Source of the DNA: an uncultured Candidatus Thioglobus sp. | GTDB lineage: Bacteria > Pseudomonadota > Gammaproteobacteria > PS1 > Pseudothioglobaceae | Assembly: GCA_900180385.1 (NCBI GenBank) | Contig: FXLX01000004.1 | Coordinates: 2,166-66,165, forward strand | Length of the DNA stretch: 64,000 nt | Direction: 5' to 3' | Shown here: positions 57,713 through 64,000 of the stretch, piece by piece | Layout of the letters: each line of letters opens with the position of its first letter | Position numbering within the stretch: position 1 is the first letter of the stretch | Translations under genes and position numbers: made by a program | Notes under the pieces: model-generated | Seen by the model: the letters and a program-made list of their open reading frames with translations, nothing else | Told to the model about the DNA's origin: nothing | Databases searched by the model: none

Positions 57713-58853
57713 TATGAAGCAAGGCTGGGAATTGAAAGACTTTGAGGAGTGTATTGACAGGATTCCGAGAACTGCAAAGATACCAAAAAAGCAATTCTTG
57801 GTTGAGGGTAGTTACCCAATAATCTCTCAAGAGGATAGTTATATTAACGGCTATTGGGATAAGCCTGAAGATTTGCTTAAAGTGGATAGACTGCTTGTTA
57901 TTTTTGGCGATCATACAAAAAAATTGAAATATATTGATTTTGATTTTGTACTGGGCGCTGATGGAGTAAAAGCTCTTCTTCCTATAAAGACAATTGATGC
58001 TCGATTCTTCTATTATCAGCTTCAGTCTATTACTTTAAGCGATCTTGGGTATGCAAGACATTATCGGTTACTTAAACAAGAAAAGATTGCAATTCCATCC
58101 CTAGAAGAACAAAAACAAATTGTTGCTAAATTAGATCAAGCGTTTGTAGTGATTGACAAAGCCCGTGAAAATGCCAGCAAGAATCTTGAAAATGCTAAAC
58201 AACTATTCCAAAGCAAACTGAATGAAATTTTTAGCCAAAAAGGTGATGACTGGGTTGAAAAAAAGTTGGGTGAGATAACTACCAAGATTGGAAGTGGCGC
58301 AACACCTAGAGGAGGGCAATCTTCATATAAAGAATCTGGAATACCCTTAATTAGAAGCCTTAATGTTTATGATGATGGTTTTAAAGAAAAAAAAACTAGC
58401 ATTTATAGACGATGCACAAGCTGAAAAACTTAATAATGTGATTATTGAGATGGGTGATGTTCTTCTTAATATTACAGGAGCATCGGTCGCAGGTGTTGTA
58501 TAGCTCCTAATAACTTCTTGCCTGCTAGAGTTAATCAGCATGTATCCATTATTCGTTTAAAGCAAGATACATTGTCTTCAGAATTTTTGCATTATTTATT
58601 AATTTCAAAAGTAAATAAAGATCTACTACTAGGAATAGGAGAGCAAGGGGCAACTAGACAAGCTATCACCAAGGTGCAAATACAAAATTTTGTTGTTTCT
58701 TATCCAAAAAATAATAAAGAGCAAGAGCATTCTGTCAAGTCAATACGCAAGCTAAAGAAACAAACTCAATCTCTTGAATCTAAGTATCAAAAAGAGTTAG
58801 AATCTTTAGAAGAGCTTAAAAAATCAATCTTACAAAAAGCCTTTGCAGGATAG
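57705..58853 (+). pseudogene. hsdS: Type I R-M specificity subunit with +1 and -1 frameshifts
   Basis: TRD1, PSLEEQKQIV central repeat, GSGATPRGG, ARVNQHV, ELKKSILQKAF; +1 in A9 (58387-95) and -1 near 58491. Confidence 0.88.
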
Positions 58854-58887
58854 TTGTATTAACGTATAATTCATTACCAATTTGGTA
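58843..58887 (+). promoter_or_regulatory. Internal sigma70 promoter and palindromic operator upstream of higB
   Basis: TTGCAG-N16-TATAAT (58843-58870) followed by TACCAA-T-TTGGTA (58875-58887). Confidence 0.65.
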
Positions 58888-58901
58888 TACTTTTATATAT
58901 T

Positions 58902-59225
58902 TTGAAAATATTTTTTAACGATAAAAAAATTGCAGAATTGTGCGCTAAGCAGGCATCCAGAAAAAAGTTGGGCATTAAGTGCGCTAAAGTATTAGAACAA
59001 CGATTGCTTGTATTAAATGCGACCAAGGTGTTGGGTGATTGTAAGCAGGGCAACCCTCATCCATTAAAGGGTGATAAAAAAGGTCAATTTGCAATGAACT
59101 TAGAGGGTGGATATCGTTTGGTTTTTACAGCAAAAAATCCTGTACTTACCACTAAAGACGGTGCAACAGACTGGAAAAAGGTGAAAGAAATAACCATTAT
59201 TTTTATTGGAGACTATCATGAGTGA
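58902..59225 (+). CDS. higB: HigB/RelE-family toxin (TTG start)
   Basis: HPLKGDKKGQFAMNLEGGYRLVF and C-terminal GDYH; toxin-first order. Confidence 0.85.
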   Translation: MKIFFNDKKIAELCAKQASRKKLGIKCAKVLEQRLLVLNATKVLGDCKQGNPHPLKGDKKGQFAMNLEGGYRLVFTAKNPVLTTKDGATDWKKVKEITIIFIGDYHE

Positions 59226-60327
59226 TGCAAAATATGAGTTTAAGCCAGATTGGTTGCATCTTGTGCCACCAGGCGAGATAATTTTAGAAAGTATGCAAAA
59301 TATTGGGCTATCTCAAAAACAATTAGCACAGCGTATAGAGTACAGCACTAAGCATATTCATAAGTTGTTAAAAGGTGAGGCGCCGATTAACTCTGATACT
59401 GCTTTAAGACTGGAAAAGGCTTTGGATATGCCGGCGTATCTTTGGCTGAATTTGGAAAACGCCTATCGTGAGGCATTAGCACAAAAGACTGAAACAGAGG
59501 CATTGAGCGCAGAAGCAGATTGGCTTAAAGAATTGCCATTAACTGATATGAAAAAATGGCAATGGGTTAAGAAATTTTCCAATAAGGGCGAGCAAGTCAA
59601 GGAGTGTTTGAAGTTTTACGGTGTGTCTTCAGTTGCTGCTTGGCATGAAGAGCAAAAAAATTACCAAGTTGCTTTTAAGGCTTATGAAAATTTTTCAATG
59701 AATGAGGTGGCTATTCAGACATGGTTAAGGGTGGGTGAAATAAACGCAAGGGAAATCAATTGCCAGCCTTTTGACAAGCAAAAGCTAAAACAAAGTTTGC
59801 CAGCACTAAGGGAATTAACTTTGCTAAATGATCCTGATGATTTCTTGCCAACATTGCAAGAAATATGCGCTCAGTCTGGTGTGGCTATTGTGTTTGCACC
59901 AACGCCAAATAAATGCCCTATGAGTGGAGCAACCAAATGGATTACCTCAAACAAGGCGTTATTATTGCTGAGTTTGAGGCATAAAACCAATGATCATTTA
60001 TGGTTTGCATTTTTTCATGAAATTGGGCATATTCTTAAGCATAAAAAACAATTATTTTTAGAAGGGGCGGGTAAAAAAAGTTTTAAGAATGATGAAAAAT
60101 TAGAGCATGAAGCAAATGAATTTTCCTCAGAGATGTTAATCCCGAAACAACATAATATAGAATTATCCACACTGATAGGTTTGGAAGCTATTAAAAAATT
60201 TGCTAAAAAAATCAATATTGCTCCCGGCATTGTGGTGGGCAGATTGCAACATCAAGGAAGTCTGAATTGGGGGAGCGGCAACAAGCTAAAAGTTAAGTAT
60301 GATTGGGAAAAGCCACAATCTAAATAA
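59218..60327 (+). CDS. HigA-type XRE HTH fused to an ImmA/IrrE (peptidase M78) domain
   Basis: PPGEII...LSQKQLAQRIEYSTKHIHKLLKG HTH; HEIGH zinc motif and EHEANEF. Confidence 0.88.
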   Translation: MSDAKYEFKPDWLHLVPPGEIILESMQNIGLSQKQLAQRIEYSTKHIHKLLKGEAPINSDTALRLEKALDMPAYLWLNLENAYREALAQKTETEALSAEADWLKELPLTDMKKWQWVKKFSNKGEQVKECLKFYGVSSVAAWHEEQKNYQVAFKAYENFSMNEVAIQTWLRVGEINAREINCQPFDKQKLKQSLPALRELTLLNDPDDFLPTLQEICAQSGVAIVFAPTPNKCPMSGATKWITSNKALLLLSLRHKTNDHLWFAFFHEIGHILKHKKQLFLEGAGKKSFKNDEKLEHEANEFSSEMLIPKQHNIELSTLIGLEAIKKFAKKINIAPGIVVGRLQHQGSLNWGSGNKLKVKYDWEKPQSK

Positions 60328-60336
60328 TAAAATATT

Positions 60337-62673
60337 ATGAACGAAGCAGAAACCAGAGCCGAACTAATAGACCCTAAGCTAGTCGCTTGTGGCTGGGGCG
60401 TGGTTAAGGGTTCTAAAATATTGCGTGAGCGTGATGTTTGCAAAATTACTGATGGACGTATACAAGTGGGCGGTGGACGCTCTAAGCCGTTGATTGCTGA
60501 TTATATCTTGATGTATAAAGGTATTAAATTGGCTGTTGTAGAGGCGAAAAGTAGCGATTTGAATGTGGGTGAGGGTGTGGTACAAGCCAAGCTGTACGCT
60601 CAAAAACTTGGGCTGGAAACCACTTACGCTAGCAACGGCAAAGAGATTTATAGTATTTGCCTTAAAACGGGCGCGGAAAGCTTGGTAGAAGATTTTCTTA
60701 GCCCTGATGAACTTTGGGATAAAACTTTCTCTGACCAAAACCATTGGCGCGAGCTGTTTGCTACTATTGCCTTTGAGGATAAATCAGGCACATGGCAACC
60801 ACGTTATTATCAAGAAATAGCTATTAATAAGGCGCTTGAAGCCATTGCTCAGAATAAAGACAGAATATTACTTACCCTTGCCACAGGCACAGGCAAAACA
60901 GCAATTGCTTTTCAAATAGCATGGAAGTTGTTTCATACACGCTGGACGCTTAAGCGTGATGGCAAAAGACGACCAAGAATACTATTTTTAGCAGATAGAA
61001 ATATTTTGGCCAATCAAGCTTATAACTCATTTTCAGCCTTTCCTGATGACGCGATGGTACGCATCAAGCCTTCGGAGATTAAGAAAAAAGGCAAAGTACC
61101 AACCAATGGCAGTATCTTTTTTACGATATTTCAATCATTCATGTCTGGCACGAATGAAGAGGGTGAGTCAGAACCAAATTTTGGGCAATATCCAAAAGAC
61201 TATTTTGATTTTATTATCATTGATGAGTGCCATCGAGGTGGTGCAAATGATGAGGGTAACTGGCGATCAATACTAGATTATTTTTCACCTGCAGTGCAAC
61301 TGGGCTTAACTGCCACACCAAAGCGAAAAGACAATGTAGATACCTATGCTTATTTTGGCGAGCCGATTTATGTGTACTCTTTGAAAGACGGTATTAATGA
61401 TGGATTTTTAACACCGTTTAAAGTTAAGCGCATTCAAACTACCTTGGATGATTATATTTACACCAATGATGACGCTGTTGTTGAAGGAGAAATTGAGCAA
61501 GGCAAGATTTACGAAGAGGAGGATTTTAATAAAATTATTGAAATTAAAGCCAGAGAAGCTGAACGCGTTAAGATTTTTATGGATGATGCGAACAAAAATG
61601 ATAAGACCATTATTTTTTGTGCAACTCAAGTCCATGCTGCCATGGTGCGTGATTTGGTTAATCAATACAAAAAGAATAAAGATCCAAATTATTGTGTACG
61701 CGTAACGGCGAATGACGGCACTATTGGTGAAATATTTTTAGCGCAGTTTCAAGATAATGAGAAACTCATCCCTACCGTGCTTACAACCTCACAAAAGCTG
61801 TTAACTGGCGTGGATGCGAGAAATATTCGCAATATTGTGCTGATGCGCCCTGTGAAGCAAATTATTGAATTTAAGCAAATTGTTGGACGTGGCACAAGGC
61901 TGTTTGATGGCAAAGAATTTTTTACAATTTATGATTTTGTAGATGCTTATCAGCGATTTTCTGATCCTGAGTGGGATGGTGAACCTGTTAAAGATGAGGG
62001 TAATGTTTATAATCCTCCTGAGCCAGAGGATGATTCAGGCGTAAGAGAAGAAGATGAGGATTATAAGCTGAAATCTAAGCAGCAAAAAATCAAGATAAAG
62101 CTTAAAAATGGTAAAGAGCTAGAAATACAGCACATGATATCAACCTCGTTTTGGAATGCAGATGGTAAGCCAATTTCTGCAGAGGAGTTTTTGAATAATT
62201 TATTTGGTGAGCTGCCTAACTTCTTTAAAAATGAAGCAGAATTGCGAAAACTATGGAGTAATCCAATCACCAGAAAAACTTTACTGAAAAAGCTTGATGA
62301 TGCCGGATTTGGTAAAGAGGAATTGACCACATTGCAAAAGCTAATTAACGCCGAAAATAGTGATTTATTTGATGTGCTTGAATATGTGTTTAACAGCGAT
62401 ATAAAGCCAATCACTAGAAAAGATAGAGTGGCAATGGCAAAATCTACAATCTTTGCGTTACTTGATGATAAACAGCAAGAGTTTATTGATTTTGTATTAA
62501 AGCAATATATTAAAACAGGCGTTGGTGAGCTGGATCAAGAAAAATTACCAATTTTATTAACCAATAAATATCAATCTCTAGAAGATGCTAAAGAAGTATT
62601 GGGTGATGTAAAAAATATCAGCTCATTATTTATTGAGTTTCAACAATATTTATACGAACAAAAAGCGGCCTAG
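60337..62673 (+). CDS. hsdR: Type I R-M restriction subunit (EcoAI/EcoEI-like)
   Basis: VVEAK nuclease motif, ATGTGKT, DECH, GLTATP, GRGTR, C-terminal helical domain. Confidence 0.94.
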   Translation: MNEAETRAELIDPKLVACGWGVVKGSKILRERDVCKITDGRIQVGGGRSKPLIADYILMYKGIKLAVVEAKSSDLNVGEGVVQAKLYAQKLGLETTYASNGKEIYSICLKTGAESLVEDFLSPDELWDKTFSDQNHWRELFATIAFEDKSGTWQPRYYQEIAINKALEAIAQNKDRILLTLATGTGKTAIAFQIAWKLFHTRWTLKRDGKRRPRILFLADRNILANQAYNSFSAFPDDAMVRIKPSEIKKKGKVPTNGSIFFTIFQSFMSGTNEEGESEPNFGQYPKDYFDFIIIDECHRGGANDEGNWRSILDYFSPAVQLGLTATPKRKDNVDTYAYFGEPIYVYSLKDGINDGFLTPFKVKRIQTTLDDYIYTNDDAVVEGEIEQGKIYEEEDFNKIIEIKAREAERVKIFMDDANKNDKTIIFCATQVHAAMVRDLVNQYKKNKDPNYCVRVTANDGTIGEIFLAQFQDNEKLIPTVLTTSQKLLTGVDARNIRNIVLMRPVKQIIEFKQIVGRGTRLFDGKEFFTIYDFVDAYQRFSDPEWDGEPVKDEGNVYNPPEPEDDSGVREEDEDYKLKSKQQKIKIKLKNGKELEIQHMISTSFWNADGKPISAEEFLNNLFGELPNFFKNEAELRKLWSNPITRKTLLKKLDDAGFGKEELTTLQKLINAENSDLFDVLEYVFNSDIKPITRKDRVAMAKSTIFALLDDKQQEFIDFVLKQYIKTGVGELDQEKLPILLTNKYQSLEDAKEVLGDVKNISSLFIEFQQYLYEQKAA

Positions 62674-62684
62674 GTTTTTGATTA

Positions 62685-63026
62685 ATGAAAACAACCGAGC
62701 ATCTTTTTTCCTACGGAACTTTACAAAATACATCTGTGCAGTTGGAAACCTTTGGACGTAAGTTGGAAGGCCATGCAGATCAGCTATTGGGCCATAAGCT
62801 AGAAATGGTGGAAATTTGTGATTGTGATGTAGTGGTGTTAAGTGGTGAAACCCATCATCCTATTGCAGTGCTATCTAAGGATAAAAATGATTTTGTATCA
62901 GGTGTTATTTTTGAAATTACACCTGAAGAGTTAGCCCAATCAGATGAGTATGAAGTAAATGAGTATAAGCGTGTTATGGGTGAGTTTAAATCGGGTCAAA
63001 AAGCTTGGGTGTACGTGCAGGCTTAA
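62685..63026 (+). CDS. Gamma-glutamylcyclotransferase (AIG2-like) family protein
   Basis: LFSYGTLQ start, SDEYE catalytic-Glu region, AWVY end. Confidence 0.8.
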   Translation: MKTTEHLFSYGTLQNTSVQLETFGRKLEGHADQLLGHKLEMVEICDCDVVVLSGETHHPIAVLSKDKNDFVSGVIFEITPEELAQSDEYEVNEYKRVMGEFKSGQKAWVYVQA

Positions 63027-63033
63027 AAGCTAT

Positions 63034-64000
63034 TTAAAGTAGTACTTTTTCAATATTGACTGATTTTATAAAGTCTTTCTGCCAATTTTTACCTAATTGC
63101 TGCTCAGCAATAAGTTCAATTGGATAAATCGGCTCGATATTGGTTGTGTGTTGGTAGCGTGATAAACCTTGGCGACAAGCAGGGCAAGTTGTTAGCATTT
63201 TGATAGGCTTATCAGTCGCAGTAATAGTTTGAATATCTTTTTTGATTTCCAGCTCTTTTCTGTATTTGGCTTGTTTGGCGATATCAGGGCGTGCAACCGC
63301 AAAGGTGCCTGCTTCACCACAACAACGATCATTGCTAACAACCTCACTATTTACAATCTTGGAAATGACTGTGCTAGATTCATCAGATTTGATAGGATCG
63401 TGACAAGGCGCATGATACAAGTATTGCTCGCCTGTAGCTTCTAAGGTGACATTTTGATCGAGTAAGTATTCATGAATATCACCCAAACTCGAATCTTTAA
63501 AGATATCACCTAGCTCGTAGGTTGCAAGTTGATCAATACAAGTACCACATGAGGTGAGTACTTGCTTGATATCTAGGTAGTTTAAGGTATTTGCCATGCG
63601 ATGGAACAGTACGCGGTTATCGGTTGAAATAGCCGTACTCTTGGCATCAAAACCGCCGGCTCGTTGTGGGTAGCCACAGCATAAATAGCTTGGCGGTAAA
63701 ACCACTTTAACGCCTTGATGATAAAGTAGTGCAACAGTGGCCAAGCCAATTTGAGAATATAAACGCTCTGAGCCACAGCCTGGGAAATAAAACACACTGG
63801 GCGAATCAGCATTGGATTTAGTTGGGTGTGACAAAATTGGCACACTGGTTGTATCTTGAATGCCTAATAACTCGCGCATTGGTTTTAAACCAGTATCCGT
63901 AGGCAAAGGCTTGTCTAATAACGTAATAAGCTCAATCGCCAAACTTGGCTTGCCAACGGTTTTATTTGGAATTTTATTAATTAAGGGTTTGGCTAGGCGC
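63034..64000 (-). CDS. Fe-S oxidoreductase with C-terminal CCG domains, 3' part (starts beyond window)
   Basis: YFPGCGSE, LCCGYP, RCCGEAG, TTCPAC; frame stays open from 63942 to the window edge. Confidence 0.8.
   Translation of the reverse strand, partial: RLAKPLINKIPNKTVGKPSLAIELITLLDKPLPTDTGLKPMRELLGIQDTTSVPILSHPTKSNADSPSVFYFPGCGSERLYSQIGLATVALLYHQGVKVVLPPSYLCCGYPQRAGGFDAKSTAISTDNRVLFHRMANTLNYLDIKQVLTSCGTCIDQLATYELGDIFKDSSLGDIHEYLLDQNVTLEATGEQYLYHAPCHDPIKSDESSTVISKIVNSEVVSNDRCCGEAGTFAVARPDIAKQAKYRKELEIKKDIQTITATDKPIKMLTTCPACRQGLSRYQHTTNIEPIYPIELIAEQQLGKNWQKDFIKSVNIEKVLL

Noticed and set aside
55178-63033. Prophage, IS or integrative element
   Set aside because: No integrase, transposase, tRNA att site or flanking direct repeats seen

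Overview
Gammaproteobacterial chromosome segment from a sulfur oxidiser, most likely the SUP05/Thioglobaceae group (inferred from low GC, soxXYZA next to trpE/rpoBC and compact gene packing; not confirmed by a search). Bases 1-55 kb are mostly housekeeping genes: rplA-rplJL-rpoBC, trpE, soxXYZAK, dnaE, comEC, coaBC, ribD, recAX, an Atm1-like ABC transporter, tgt, mreBCD-mrdA, class I fumarase, RNase P RNA, a TRAP transporter, prmC, a rhodanese, rnfE, clpB, trmL, fmt, argH, hemC, ftsY and an M16 peptidase pair. Bases 55.2-63.0 kb are a defence island: hsdM-rhuM-hsdS(broken)-higB-higA/ImmA-hsdR-GGCT. This is a type I R-M system with a HigB toxin and an XRE-HTH/metallopeptidase antitoxin, carrying their own promoter and palindromic operator, inserted between hsdS and hsdR; it is the best candidate for an undescribed system. 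Four dispensable genes between 42.5 and 58.5 kb (polysaccharide deacetylase, Zn-ADH, tolC, hsdS) carry homopolymer frameshifts or nonsense codons, while the core genes are intact. Features absent from the ORF track include a 30-aa Arg-rich sORF with a strong RBS upstream of comEC, a DnaA-box inverted pair, a ~100-bp palindromic element after rnpB, a sigma32 promoter for clpB and a structured sox promoter.
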